From an uncultured delta proteobacterium (GTDB taxonomy: Bacteria > Desulfobacterota > Binatia > Binatales > Binataceae): 64,000 bases of DNA. The stretch is taken from assembly GCA_963765675.1 (NCBI GenBank), contig CAVXXK010000003.1:538136-602135 (forward strand). The letters are read 5' to 3'. Position 1 is the stretch's first letter; every line of letters starts with the position of its first letter. The position numbers were made by a program, and so were the translations under genes. Positions 51,731 through 61,984 of the stretch are shown here, piece after piece. The notes beneath the pieces were generated by a model. The model saw only the letters and a program-made list of their open reading frames with translations. It did no database searches and was not told the origin of the DNA.

Positions 51731-51818
51731 ACGACGCATAGGATACCTCGCCCGCGCCCGCGCGGCAAGAAGCGGACGGGCGCGTTGGTCCTAATCCCTT
51801 CGGGGCGAGCGGTAAGAT

Positions 51819-51903
51819 CCCCTCTCCCTCCGGGAGAGCGCAAGCGGCGCGGCGATTGCTCTTTTTGGCAATCGCCGTGACGCGCGGGTGAGGGCGGCCT
51901 TGC
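51819..51903. repeat. REP-like element, family A
   Basis: Near-identical to 12965-13047, including GGCGATTGC-N8-GCAATCGCC. Confidence 0.9.
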
Positions 51904-52080
51904 TGGCGCGGTCTTTTCAGGTCCGTAACGGGACCGATGCGAGAAGATGGTTATGTACGCGACGCGCCTGATTCCGTGCAAAATGGTGCTTTGGATTTTT
52001 TTGTGTCGGGCATTTTCGGTGGGTTCGTGGGCCGACCGGACGTCGGCCGACGAACCCGGCGCAAAAGAGCGATTGAGGAT

Positions 52081-52163
52081 GGCCGCCCTCACCCGCGCGT
52101 CACGATGCTTGCGAAACAAGCGCAAGCCTCGCGCCACGCCGCCCTCTCCCGGTGGGAGAGGGG
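52081..52163. repeat. REP-like element, family A (inverted, variant centre)
   Basis: GGCCGCCCTCACCCGCGCGTCACG...GCCCTCTCCCGGTGGGAGAGGG. Confidence 0.85.
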
Positions 52164-52190
52164 ATTTCAGATTCATAGCGAAGCGGAAGA

Positions 52191-54173
52191 TCAGTCGTCG
52201 TCGTCGCGGAGTTTGGCGAGGACTGAGAGATCTTCGAGCGTGCTCGTGTCGCCGAGAGTCTTGTCGCCCGCTGCGATTTGGCGCAGGAGACGGCGCATGA
52301 TCTTGCCACTGCGGGTTTTCGGCAGCGCCTCGGTGAAGCGAATATCGTCGGGACGCGCGAGCGCGCCAATCTCCTTGACGACGTGCATGCGCAGCTCTTC
52401 CTTTAGCTTGTCGTCGCCGTGGCGGCCGCCTTCGAGCGTCACGAACGCGACAACAGCCTGCCCCTTCATGTCGTCGGGACGTCCGACGCATGCCGCTTCG
52501 GCGACGGTTGCGTGCGAGACCAGCGCGCTTTCGACTTCCATGGTTCCGAGGCGATGCCCCGAGACGTTGATCACGTCGTCGACGCGTCCCATGATCCAGA
52601 AGTATCCATCCGCGTCGCGGCGCGCGCCGTCGCCGGTGAAATAGCATCCGTCGATCTGGCTGAAGTACTGACTTTTGTACCGTTCTGGATCGCGGAAGAT
52701 CGTGCGCAGCATGCCGGGCCACGGCCGCTTGACCACCAGCAGTCCGCCCTGATTCGCGCCGACCGGTTTGCCCTCGGGGGTGACGACCTCCGCCGCGATT
52801 CCCGGCAGCGGACGCGTGGCGGAGCCGGGCTTCGTCGCGATCGCGCCGGGAACGGGACTGATCATGATTCCGCCGGTCTCGGTCTGCCACCACGTATCGA
52901 CGATCGGGCATCGCTCGCCGCCTATCACCTTGCGATACCACATCCAGGCTTCAGGATTGATCGGCTCACCGACCGAGCCGAGCAGCCGCAGGCTCGAAAG
53001 GTCGTGCTTCTTCACCCACGAATCGCCCCACTTGATAAAGGTGCGAATCGCGGTGGGCGCGGTGTAGAGGATACTGACGCGGTATTTTTCGATTATCTGC
53101 CAGAAGCGGTCGTTCTCCGGATGGTTCGGCGCGCCTTCGTACATCATCACGGTCGCGCCCGCGGCCAGCGGTCCGTAGACGGTGTAACTGTGGCCGGTAA
53201 CCCATCCGATATCGGCGGTGCACCAGTAGATATCGTTGGGTTTGAGATCGAAGACCCACTTCATCGTCATCAGGACGTGAGTCAGATAGCCGCCGGTCAC
53301 ATGGACGACGCCTTTCGGTTTGCCGGTCGTGCCGGAAGTATAGAGCGTGTAGAGCGGATGCTCCGAGTCGAGCACGGCGGCCGGGCAGTTGGGGCTCTGC
53401 CGGGAAACAATTTCGTCCCACCAGAGGTCGCGTCCCCGTTTCATCGCGATATTGATTGCGGCGCGCTTGAGCACGATCACCTTTTCGATCGAGGGACACT
53501 TTTTGAGCGCTTCATCGACGTTGCGCTTGAGCTCGACATGCGCGCCGCGGCGCCATCCGGCGTCGGCGGTGATGCACACCTTCGCCTCGGCGTCGTTGAT
53601 TCGATCGGCGAGCGCCTCGGCCGAGAATCCTCCGAAGACCACCGAATGGATCGCGCCGATTCGCGCGCACGCGAGCATCGCGATCGCCGCCTCGGGCACC
53701 AGCGGCATGTAGATCGCGACGCGGTCACCGTCCTTGACGCCCAGCTCCTTGAGCGCGTTGGCGGCGCGCGCGACCTCGTCGGCGAGCATCTGATAGGTCA
53801 GCACGCGCGAGTCGCCGGGCTCGCCCTCGAAGATGATCGCGGCCTTGTTGCGGTTCGCGCCGCTCAGATGGCGGTCGAGGCAATTGTAGGCGGCGTTGAT
53901 TTTTCCGCCGAGGAACCATTTCGCGTTTGGAAACTTCCACTCCAGGACTTTGTTGAAAGGCGTGAACCAATCGAGATTCTTCGCGCATTCGCCCCAGAAC
54001 GCTTCCGGATCGGCGGCGGCGCGGGCGCATAGCGCGTCGTATTCAGTGAGATTCTTGATCTGCGCGTGCGCGGCGAACTCGGCAGCCGGCTCGAACTTGC
54101 GCGATTCGTTAAGGGTGGACTCGATCTCGGTTTTCGGATCGGCCTTCGGATCGCCTTTAGGAGCAGACGCCAC
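52191..54173 (-). CDS. acs: Acetate--CoA ligase
   Basis: [57 protein letters not shown]; GTG start after GGGAGG. Confidence 0.96.
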   Translation of the reverse strand: MASAPKGDPKADPKTEIESTLNESRKFEPAAEFAAHAQIKNLTEYDALCARAAADPEAFWGECAKNLDWFTPFNKVLEWKFPNAKWFLGGKINAAYNCLDRHLSGANRNKAAIIFEGEPGDSRVLTYQMLADEVARAANALKELGVKDGDRVAIYMPLVPEAAIAMLACARIGAIHSVVFGGFSAEALADRINDAEAKVCITADAGWRRGAHVELKRNVDEALKKCPSIEKVIVLKRAAINIAMKRGRDLWWDEIVSRQSPNCPAAVLDSEHPLYTLYTSGTTGKPKGVVHVTGGYLTHVLMTMKWVFDLKPNDIYWCTADIGWVTGHSYTVYGPLAAGATVMMYEGAPNHPENDRFWQIIEKYRVSILYTAPTAIRTFIKWGDSWVKKHDLSSLRLLGSVGEPINPEAWMWYRKVIGGERCPIVDTWWQTETGGIMISPVPGAIATKPGSATRPLPGIAAEVVTPEGKPVGANQGGLLVVKRPWPGMLRTIFRDPERYKSQYFSQIDGCYFTGDGARRDADGYFWIMGRVDDVINVSGHRLGTMEVESALVSHATVAEAACVGRPDDMKGQAVVAFVTLEGGRHGDDKLKEELRMHVVKEIGALARPDDIRFTEALPKTRSGKIMRRLLRQIAAGDKTLGDTSTLEDLSVLAKLRDDDD

Positions 54174-54175
54174 GG

Positions 54176-55630
54176 CTAAACCCTCCCGCGCGCCTCGCGC
54201 GTTTTCAGACTCAAATATAATGTGGCCGCGTCGCCGACTTCGTGGCGATTCGAATGGATTTCGCGCAGCCGCTCGAGCAGCTCGGTCTCGATACTGGGCG
54301 CGACCTCCGCGGCCAGCTCGACCGCGCGCGCGGCCCATCGCAGCACGACGCGTCCTTCGGGTCCGCCAAAATCGTCGAAGAACCACGCGCAACTGGTGAG
54401 CGTCGCCTCACCCGCGCGAACCATCTCGAACAGCCGCATCAGCCGCTCGCGCGTCACTTCACCCGCAATTTTGAAGCGGGTGAAAAATTCCTCGTGCACG
54501 GCAGGATTCGAATCGATCATCAGGCGGATCGAAGCAGTGAGCGCGCCTTGCGGATCCTTCACCAGGCCCGGGGCGAAGCGATCGTAAACCGCGTGGACGT
54601 GATTGATGACGAAATCCATCGCGTCCCGGAGCGGCGCACGCCACTCCTGCGAGGTTTTCTGATTCATGCGGCATCCGCAGTCCGAGCGCCACCTTTCGAC
54701 GCCGTGCGCGCAGCTCCACGCACTCGGCGCGTCGATCGTGAAGCTTCCGCGCGCGCCGTGTTCGGCCAGATAGCGCTCGCAGTTGACGACGACCACGTCG
54801 TCGCGCCGCGAGAGCATCAGGAAGGCGCGTGCGAGCTCGGCGGCTCCGGTCTTCTTATGATGCCCGAAGGTCTCACCGTCGGTCGCAAGCATCAGCGCCG
54901 CTCCCTCGGGCAGCGCGAGCGCAGTGGCTGCGATCCATTCGGACAGACGTGCGCCGTCATCGAGTCCTTCACCAAACGAGATCGTCCCCGACATCTCGCG
55001 GTCGAAGCGAAAGATCGCGACCTTGCGCGCGCCGCTTTGCCATTGGAACGGCCCGGCCGCGCGGGTGTCGGCTTCCTGGCCGGCATATTTCCCCTGCTGC
55101 GGCGCAAGGATGACGAACTTCAAGCCCGCGTCGGCAATCGCTTCGAGCGTTTCTTCATCGACCGCGCACTCCGGCAGCCACATCCCGACGGGGCGGCGTC
55201 CGAAGCGATAGACGAAATCCTCGACGCCCCAAGCGATCTGCAAGTTGCGGCTGCGCGACGTGAGCAGGGGCAGAATCGAATGGTTGTAAGACTGCGAGAT
55301 CGCGTTGCCGTGTCCTTCGTTGCGCTCGCGAGAGAGCATGTCGCCCCGGAGCATCGCGCGGTACGCTGCCTTGCCATGAGTTTGCAGCCATAGCGCGAGC
55401 GTCGGTCCGACGTCGAAGTCCATCGACTCGTAATTGTTGCGGACGTGGACAACCGTGCCCTCCATCGTATGCGCGTGGGCATTGGCGGTGTACGACTCGG
55501 AGAGAATCCGCTCGTTCCAGTTCGGAAACGGCGCGGCTCCGGGCTCGGGACTGATAAGTCCGGTCCACGGACTTTCGCGCGGCGGCTGATAAAAATGGCC
55601 GTGAATTATGACGTAACGAGGTTCACCCAT
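54176..55630 (-). CDS. Glycoside hydrolase family 57-like (DUF3536-family N-terminal) protein
   Basis: [55 protein letters not shown]...CGC. Confidence 0.85.
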   Translation of the reverse strand: MGEPRYVIIHGHFYQPPRESPWTGLISPEPGAAPFPNWNERILSESYTANAHAHTMEGTVVHVRNNYESMDFDVGPTLALWLQTHGKAAYRAMLRGDMLSRERNEGHGNAISQSYNHSILPLLTSRSRNLQIAWGVEDFVYRFGRRPVGMWLPECAVDEETLEAIADAGLKFVILAPQQGKYAGQEADTRAAGPFQWQSGARKVAIFRFDREMSGTISFGEGLDDGARLSEWIAATALALPEGAALMLATDGETFGHHKKTGAAELARAFLMLSRRDDVVVVNCERYLAEHGARGSFTIDAPSAWSCAHGVERWRSDCGCRMNQKTSQEWRAPLRDAMDFVINHVHAVYDRFAPGLVKDPQGALTASIRLMIDSNPAVHEEFFTRFKIAGEVTRERLMRLFEMVRAGEATLTSCAWFFDDFGGPEGRVVLRWAARAVELAAEVAPSIETELLERLREIHSNRHEVGDAATLYLSLKTREARGRV

Positions 55631-55734
55631 CGAAGTAGATTATACTCGAAATTTAGCGCACGCGGACCAGCACAAAAAGGCCGCTGGCCATCGGCAATCA
55701 ACAGAGTTATTTCGGAGACGCCAGTGCGATCTGC

Positions 55735-56157
55735 TCAGGATGCCGCCGCGCGGAACGATCCGCGAATAGCTGGCTCGCCCTTTTGATTGAGCACGACCAG
55801 ATCGCCCTCGATCAGCTTCTCGCCGTTCTTTTCGCTCTTGCCCGTGACCTTGCCGGTGCAGGTCACCACGTCGCCGGGCCATACCCGGGTCGCGAAACGA
55901 ACTTTGAAATTGCGCACGCTGCCGATACCCGCCCAATCCGTCAGCGCCTTCGAGAGCAGCCCCGCGGTGAACATCCCCTGCGCGAACACGGTCGGGATTC
56001 CGGCGGCCTCGACGAAGGTCTGATCGTAATGCAGCGGCACGAAATCGCCCGACGCGCCCGCATAGCGGACAAAATCGGGCCGGGTCACGCCGTTGACCAC
56101 GTATGCCGGAATTTCGTCGCCGACCTTGATACTGTCGAATTTCAATTTAGCTGCCAT
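55735..56157 (-). CDS. MaoC-family dehydratase
   Basis: RYAGASGDF.PLH.D..F....G.P..FAQGM, VRF...VWPGD. Confidence 0.9.
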   Translation of the reverse strand: MAAKLKFDSIKVGDEIPAYVVNGVTRPDFVRYAGASGDFVPLHYDQTFVEAAGIPTVFAQGMFTAGLLSKALTDWAGIGSVRNFKVRFATRVWPGDVVTCTGKVTGKSEKNGEKLIEGDLVVLNQKGEPAIRGSFRAAAS

Positions 56158-56192
56158 AATTTTTTCTCCGATTTTAAGACGCCGAGGCGCCG

Positions 56193-56651
56193 TCAGGCCT
56201 TTACCGCCTGTCCGGTTTCGATCAGCGTCGAGCGCGCGATCGCGACTTTCTCTCCGCGCTGATTGGTGTACTCGGTCTCGCTGACCAGCAGGGTCATCTT
56301 GCCGCCGCGGCCGCCTTCTTTCTCGAGGACATCGGCGATCTTGCTCACGCCGGTCAGCACGTCGCCGACGAAGATCGGCTTGAGGAGTTCGAACTCCTGC
56401 TCGCCATGCAGAATCCGGCGCAGATCGAAGCCACCGAAGCCGGGGTTCGAACTATCGTCGGTCCAGAACGCGCTGGTCTGCAGAAAGGTGACCGGCACCG
56501 GGATACCGCCGAGCTGTTTCTTGGCGACCTCGGGGTCGAAATATTCGGCGCTGGGATCTTTGATAGCGCGCGCGAACTCGCGCACCTTGCTCCATTCGAT
56601 GGGCATTTTGAACGGCTTGCCAGTGCGCCCAACGATACTCTTGTCGGCCAT
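56193..56651 (-). CDS. MaoC-like N-terminal (FAS1 dehydratase) partner protein
   Basis: KVREFARAI.D....Y.D, P.P.TF, LHGEQEFE...PI..GD. Confidence 0.9.
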   Translation of the reverse strand: MADKSIVGRTGKPFKMPIEWSKVREFARAIKDPSAEYFDPEVAKKQLGGIPVPVTFLQTSAFWTDDSSNPGFGGFDLRRILHGEQEFELLKPIFVGDVLTGVSKIADVLEKEGGRGGKMTLLVSETEYTNQRGEKVAIARSTLIETGQAVKA

Positions 56652-56742
56652 TTAGTTTTTCCTCTCGATAACGGAATTCAGCTACGCTTTTGCCGTACCA
56701 CGACCCGCGCCGACGGGACAAGCCCCGATGCGAAGCCCTGCC

Positions 56743-56776
56743 AAAAAAAGAGCTGGAGCAATTGCCACTCCGGCTC
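56743..56776 (-). terminator. Intrinsic terminator at the downstream end of the R-M islet
   Basis: Minus strand GAGCCGGAG-tggcaattg-CTCCAGCTC-TTTTTTT. Confidence 0.7.
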
Positions 56777-56829
56777 CTGAATCAAATGCGCCTCGCAGCT
56801 TCCCGCGTATGCCCGGACCAACGCGGTGC

Positions 56830-57030
56830 TCATAGCAGATGGCCTATGGCTAGGTGACGAATTCTTCTATAGCCAACTGAATTCGGATCATTGAGCGCAG
56901 AATAAACGGCGTAAGCGGTCTCCTTGCTGCCGCCGACTGAGAATATGCCTTTAGGGGTGAACTTGCCGGCGATACCTTCCCAGGCTTCCGCGCTGCCAGT
57001 CCACCGGCATCAACCGCAGAATCAAGGATT
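56830..57030 (-). pseudogene. Orphan C-terminal gene fragment (tentatively DndB/DGQHR-like)
   Basis: Startless, frameshifted reading VDWQRG/EAWEGIAGKFTPKGIFSVGGSKETAYAVYSALNDPNSVGYRRIRHLAIGHLL*; family call from memory only. Confidence 0.4.
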
Positions 57031-57034
57031 GCAT

Positions 57035-57708
57035 TTAAGACTGGGGCGCAGCTCTGTCAGGAACGATCAGCACCGAGTCGTAGCCGAGTACGTGAGTTTG
57101 CCCGAGCGGACGAGTCGGGAGCGAACGGAACTTTTCGATCGCTGTACGGGCGTCGGCACGCTTGTTTTCGCTGATCGCGTAGTCAAACTCTTCCCAAAGC
57201 TTCTGATCGCCAGAACTAAGCTTCGAAACAATCTCAGAATTGAACCTTGCTCGTTGCTTCTTATACTTTTTCGTCACGTTGTCGGCGATATTCAGAACGC
57301 GAGGCGCAACACCGATCATTACGGTCGCGACGAGCACGGCTTCAGACTTCGCACGGTGCAAGACTTGAAGAACATCATTGAGATCGTCGTAGCGGCTGGT
57401 GGTGTTCCGATGCGCGGTCCAAACTGACTTGTTCTCGACGCAGATTCGGAGCTTGTGTAGATTGGGTTTCCCTTTCGCGTTCGGCTCACCAATGAGTAGA
57501 TCGACCTTGCGCCCTCGCGCGCCTGGCGTGCGCGCGTTGATCCACTCCTTAACCCGCCCTGAGGCGACATCCGCTCGAATCGCCTCGCAATTCTCTCGAA
57601 GGTCTTTAGCGATTCGCCGACTTACTATGTCGGAATGCAGTGGGCGGCGGTGAGAGTGATAGCGCTCTGTCTTATTTGATCGACAGCGTCGTCGAAGGCC
57701 GTCGTCAT
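57035..57708 (-). pseudogene. Putative type II restriction endonuclease (PD-(D/E)xK), frameshifted near the 5' end
   Basis: ATG at 57708 overlaps the MTase stop (ATGA), reads MTTAFDDAVDQI, and is 1 nt out of frame with KTERYHSH...KVDLLIG...CVENKS. Confidence 0.65.
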
Positions 57709-59159
57709 CTAGCAAACTCAAACGCGCGATTCAGAGGTGAGGCTGCACCTCGCCGGCCAAGATGTCCAGTTTGCGCGGCGTTGGCCTCGACAGAACCGGC
57801 CGTCGCTCGCAGCGCGAGATCACGCGGCACGGGAAGCCGCTTCAATATGCTGCTCTGAAGCCGCAAAAAACCAGTTGCCGCACGCTGACAGTTTCGGGAT
57901 AGCCACTCACGAGCAATCTCCGAATTGAGATAATCACATAAGTTGCCTACCGCCTCGGGATTTCGCGGCACAATATAATATACGGAATGCCGGGGAACGA
58001 TCTCGCCGTCACGATCAGCCCAGAATTCTGGACGCGCAGTAATATCCTTGCACAAAATCTTGGGACGCCGAATCTCGGACAGCGGCGGCGTCTCGTGGAA
58101 TGCGTACCAGGGTTTTCTCGTCACGCAGCTGCGTGCCATAAGCGTGCGGCGAATATCAGGATGCTCCAAATATCGACCCAGCGAGCCCAAATCACTTTGC
58201 GCAAGCAAGACTCCTCGGCGTGAATACGGGATCAACATCACGCGAGACGTCTTTAGGGTCGGATTGTTCGCTCCCAGTTCCCTGCCCGCAATAGTCGGGT
58301 AACCAAACTTATTTAGCTGCGGAGCAATTTCGCTGATTCGCTTCACGAACACTTGGTCGGCGCCGGTTGCGACGCCTGCACTTATTCGTGTGCAGAGATC
58401 ACCGAGCGCGACTCCGCCTTCGTCTCTTGACCCTCCGCCGATGACCGATATCCATGAGACACCTCCCGTCGGCAGAGAGGTTCGCTTTGCGGAGCCCGTT
58501 CGTGAAATCACCACCGTATGTCGTGCGTAGGGCCGCTTGGTTAATGTCGTGACTGTCGGATAGGTCACGAGCGGTCCGAACGTCGCCTCATCGAGAAGGT
58601 TTATCTCTTCAACATCCCATTGCCTTATGATTTTTCGAAGAGGCCTTGCCGTCTCGACGTATAGGTACTTTTCCGGAGTGATGAATACCAATCGCCCGCC
58701 CGCGCTCATGCGCCGCAATGCCTGTTCAAAGAACAAAAGATAGAGATCGAACCTGCCCTGCGCCGCGATATATCGGGATCTGTATCGGGCTTTCTCGTCC
58801 TCGGAGAGCTCCAAAATCGAGACGTACGGTGGGTTTCCGATCACAAAATCGAATTGCTCGTCCGAACCCCCGTCAAGAAAATCGCCGTAACGAATCTCAA
58901 CCTCGCGCCGACCAGCAAACTGGCGCCCCGCCGCGATCGTATGTTGCGGATTCGAATCAATTCCTACGATATGCGGGATTGGGTTGCGATTACGTTCGCA
59001 CCATCGAAGCAGGCCTTCTATGAAGGCTCCCGTTCCGCACCCCGGATCCAAAACCGTGGACTCACGCGAGGGATACCGGTCGCGAAACAGACGGCTGACC
59101 ATTAGATCAACCGTTTCGCTTGGCGTCGGAACAAATCCCTTCAAGAGCTTCCCCCGCAC
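57705..59159 (-). CDS. N6-adenine DNA methyltransferase, gamma class (TaqI/Eco57I-type with C-terminal TRD)
   Basis: LDPGCGTGAF (motif I) precedes GNPPY (motif IV); DLY.LF.E, FITP, GVATGAD.VF, YLNS. Confidence 0.9.
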   Translation of the reverse strand: MRGKLLKGFVPTPSETVDLMVSRLFRDRYPSRESTVLDPGCGTGAFIEGLLRWCERNRNPIPHIVGIDSNPQHTIAAGRQFAGRREVEIRYGDFLDGGSDEQFDFVIGNPPYVSILELSEDEKARYRSRYIAAQGRFDLYLLFFEQALRRMSAGGRLVFITPEKYLYVETARPLRKIIRQWDVEEINLLDEATFGPLVTYPTVTTLTKRPYARHTVVISRTGSAKRTSLPTGGVSWISVIGGGSRDEGGVALGDLCTRISAGVATGADQVFVKRISEIAPQLNKFGYPTIAGRELGANNPTLKTSRVMLIPYSRRGVLLAQSDLGSLGRYLEHPDIRRTLMARSCVTRKPWYAFHETPPLSEIRRPKILCKDITARPEFWADRDGEIVPRHSVYYIVPRNPEAVGNLCDYLNSEIAREWLSRNCQRAATGFLRLQSSILKRLPVPRDLALRATAGSVEANAAQTGHLGRRGAASPLNRAFEFAR

Positions 59160-59226
59160 TCCGGATTATATCGCACGGCGTGAGTCGTTTAGCGAGAGGT
59201 CAGTAATTGCGCGGACCAGCCCGGAC

Positions 59227-59298
59227 GGGCGGCTCGCGAGCCGACCCTACGAAAATCGTGCGTCCGGTCGATTCGTAGGGGCGCGTCGGGACGCGCCC
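59227..59298. repeat. Inverted doublet of GTAG-type REPs
   Basis: GGGCGGCTCGCGAGCCGACCCTACG ... CGTAGGGGCGCGTCGGGACGCGCCC: each GTAG tetramer abuts a GC palindrome. Confidence 0.75.
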
Positions 59299-59330
59299 AT
59301 CTACGCGCCGCCGGTAGATATCCGCTAGGG

Positions 59331-60407
59331 TTACAGATATTTGCGCAGCGCGGGAGTTGCCAAGGCGTCGGTTACGCGGCGGAGCGCGTCGGATTTTTCG
59401 CGATGCGCGATCAGGATTGCGTCGCCGGTGTCTACCGCGATCAGATCGTTCACGCCGAAAATTACCATCAGGCGCGAATCAGAATGCGCGAGAATGCGCT
59501 CGGAATCGAGCGCGAGCACATTGCCGCGGGTTACGCTGGCGCTTTCGCCGCCCACCGCCTGACGCAGCCCTTCCCACGAGCCGACGTCGTGCCATCCGAA
59601 ACGCGCGCGCACGCCCATCACGTTGCGGCTGCGCTCGACCACCTCGCGATCAAACGCGTCGAACTTTAGCTTCTTGTAGGCGCGCGCGAACTTTGCGCGC
59701 GGCATCGCGGCGAGCGCCTTCGCTGCCTTCGCGAGTGCGGGGCTATGCGCACGGAGCTCGGAATCGAGCGTGCGCGAGTCCATCACGAACATCCCGGCGT
59801 TCCACAGATACTTGCCCGAGCGAACCATCTTTCGCGCGCGCGCCAGCGGAGGTTTTTCGATAAATTGATCGACCTTGAACCCTGCGCCGATCGTCGCGCC
59901 GATTTTCTGGTAGCCAAATCCGGACTCGGGACGAGTCGGCACAATTCCAATCACGACGATCGAGTGCATTGACGATGCGAGCTCCCCCGCCGCGGCGAGC
60001 GTCGCGCGGAATCCGGCGGCGGGCTCGATAATGTGATCGGCAGGCATCACGGCGACGGTCCCCGCACCGGCGCGGCGCTCAATCGCCGCCATCCCGTAGG
60101 CGATCGCAACCGCGGTGCCTCGCGCCGCCGGCTCGACGATCAGATTTCGCGCCGGGACGAGTCCCTTGAGCGCACGGCGAAACGCGCCAGCGTGGGCCGC
60201 TGCGACGAGCACGAAAATCCGCTCGCGCGCGACCAGCGGATGAAGCCGCGCGATCGTCGCTTCGAGCAGCGAGAGTTTGCCGTCGGCGGAAAAGAGCGGC
60301 TTCGGCTGATGCTCGCGGCTGGCGGGCCACAGCCGGGTGCCGCGGCCGCCCGCGATGATGAGCGCCGAGAGCGCAGCGCGCGGAGCCATCACTCGCCGCG
60401 AAGCCAT
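59331..60407 (-). CDS. manC: Mannose-1-phosphate guanylyltransferase
   Basis: IAGGRGTRLWPASR...PK, EPAARGTA, PADH, P..PESGFGY, FIEKP, WNAGMF, WHDVGSW. Confidence 0.9.
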   Translation of the reverse strand: MASRRVMAPRAALSALIIAGGRGTRLWPASREHQPKPLFSADGKLSLLEATIARLHPLVARERIFVLVAAAHAGAFRRALKGLVPARNLIVEPAARGTAVAIAYGMAAIERRAGAGTVAVMPADHIIEPAAGFRATLAAAGELASSMHSIVVIGIVPTRPESGFGYQKIGATIGAGFKVDQFIEKPPLARARKMVRSGKYLWNAGMFVMDSRTLDSELRAHSPALAKAAKALAAMPRAKFARAYKKLKFDAFDREVVERSRNVMGVRARFGWHDVGSWEGLRQAVGGESASVTRGNVLALDSERILAHSDSRLMVIFGVNDLIAVDTGDAILIAHREKSDALRRVTDALATPALRKYL

Positions 60408-60485
60408 CACTCGGAAGAGTTGCAGCCAGCGTTCTTCGCAGAGTGCGGAAGCCGTTGTAGTAGCATGGAAGTTTTCCGCACTTTG

Positions 60486-61841
60486 CTAAATCGCGCCCAG
60501 TTCCTTGAGCTTGTTTTCGAACAGCGCGCGAATTTCGTTCATCCGCGTCGCGTTGTCGGCCTCAAACCGCATCACCAGCGCGGGCTGCGTATTCGAGGCG
60601 CGCACGAGGCCCCATCCGTCGGGAAAATTCACGCGCACGCCGTCGATATCGATCGTGTCGTACTTGCCGCGAAAGTATTCGGCAGCGCGGCGCACGACCT
60701 CGAACTTGCGGTCGTCGGGACAGTCGAGGCGAATCTCGGGAGTGAAGGTGCTCCTGGGAAGGTTGGCGAGGATCGCGCCCAGGCCGCGGCGTTCATTGCT
60801 CACGATTTCCAGCAGCCGGAACGAGGCGTAGATCGCGTCGTCGAAGCCGAAATAGCGGTCGGCGAAAAACATGTGCCCGCTCATCTCGCCCGCGAGCGCC
60901 GCGTGCTCAGCCTTGAGCTTGCTCTTGATCAGCGAATGGCCGGTCTTCCACATGATCGGACGGCCGCCGTTGCGCGCGATATCGTCGTACATGCGCTTGG
61001 AGCATTTCACGTCGCCGATTATCGCCGCGCCCGGATTGGTTTTCAGAATCGCGCGCGAGAACGCGACCATCAGCTCGTCGCCCCAGACGATACGGCCGTT
61101 CTCATCGATCGCGCCGACGCGGTCGGCGTCGCCGTCGTAGGCGATTCCGATTTCCGAGCCTTGCTCCTTCACCGCGGCCTTCAGAAAACGCATGTTCTCT
61201 TCGACGGTCGGATCGGGATGATGATTCGGAAAGCGTCCGTCCATCTCGATGAACAATTCCTTGACCTCGAGGCCGAGCCGTTTCATCAGCGGCGCCGCGA
61301 TCACCCCGCCGCATCCGTTGCCGCCGTCAACCGCGACCTTCATGCCCTTGCGGAGTTTGAACTGGCCGAGAATGAAATCGTTGTACTCGGGGATAATTGG
61401 TTTTTCGGAGAGCTTGCCGGGCGCGGCGTTCTTCACGTAGTCGCGCGACTCGATAATTTTGCGGACGTTTTGAATTTCCTCGCCAAAAATCGTCGTCGGC
61501 CCGACCCCGAGCTTGAACCCGTTGTATTCCGCCGCATTGTGGCTGCCGGTGATCATCGCGCCGCCGTCCATCTTCCAGTGCAGCACCGAAAAATAGAGCA
61601 GCGGAGTCGGCACGACGCCGATATCGACCACGTTGATCCCGGCCGGCAGCAGGCCTTCGAGCAGGCGATCGTGCAGCGAGGGCGACGACAGGCGGCAATC
61701 GCGCCCAAGCGTGATAGTGCGCTTGCCGGCGCGGGAAAGGACCGTCGCGTACGCGCGGCCGAGGTCGCGAACGAATTGATCGTCGAAGTCGGTTTCGACG
61801 ATTCCGCGAATATCATATTCGCGAAAGACTTGCGGGTTCAT
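60486..61841 (-). CDS. Phosphomannomutase/phosphoglucomutase (AlgC-like)
   Basis: FREYDIRG, ITGSHN, DGDADR, GEMSGH, RASNTQP. Confidence 0.95.
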   Translation of the reverse strand: MNPQVFREYDIRGIVETDFDDQFVRDLGRAYATVLSRAGKRTITLGRDCRLSSPSLHDRLLEGLLPAGINVVDIGVVPTPLLYFSVLHWKMDGGAMITGSHNAAEYNGFKLGVGPTTIFGEEIQNVRKIIESRDYVKNAAPGKLSEKPIIPEYNDFILGQFKLRKGMKVAVDGGNGCGGVIAAPLMKRLGLEVKELFIEMDGRFPNHHPDPTVEENMRFLKAAVKEQGSEIGIAYDGDADRVGAIDENGRIVWGDELMVAFSRAILKTNPGAAIIGDVKCSKRMYDDIARNGGRPIMWKTGHSLIKSKLKAEHAALAGEMSGHMFFADRYFGFDDAIYASFRLLEIVSNERRGLGAILANLPRSTFTPEIRLDCPDDRKFEVVRRAAEYFRGKYDTIDIDGVRVNFPDGWGLVRASNTQPALVMRFEADNATRMNEIRALFENKLKELGAI

Positions 61842-61984
61842 CTGTTATTCAGCGGCGACGATTCGCCCCCCTTTTGCCGCTCGGGAGGGTTCCCGCACGC
61901 GGCCGCGATTTATGATAGTCAGTCTGTGCAACTCCGCCGCATATCGCAAGCATCTTTGCGCGGCGGTCCGCAGTGAACACGCGC

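Noticed and set aside
56650-59330. Prophage or integrative element
   Set aside because: No integrase, tRNA target, att duplication or phage genes visible
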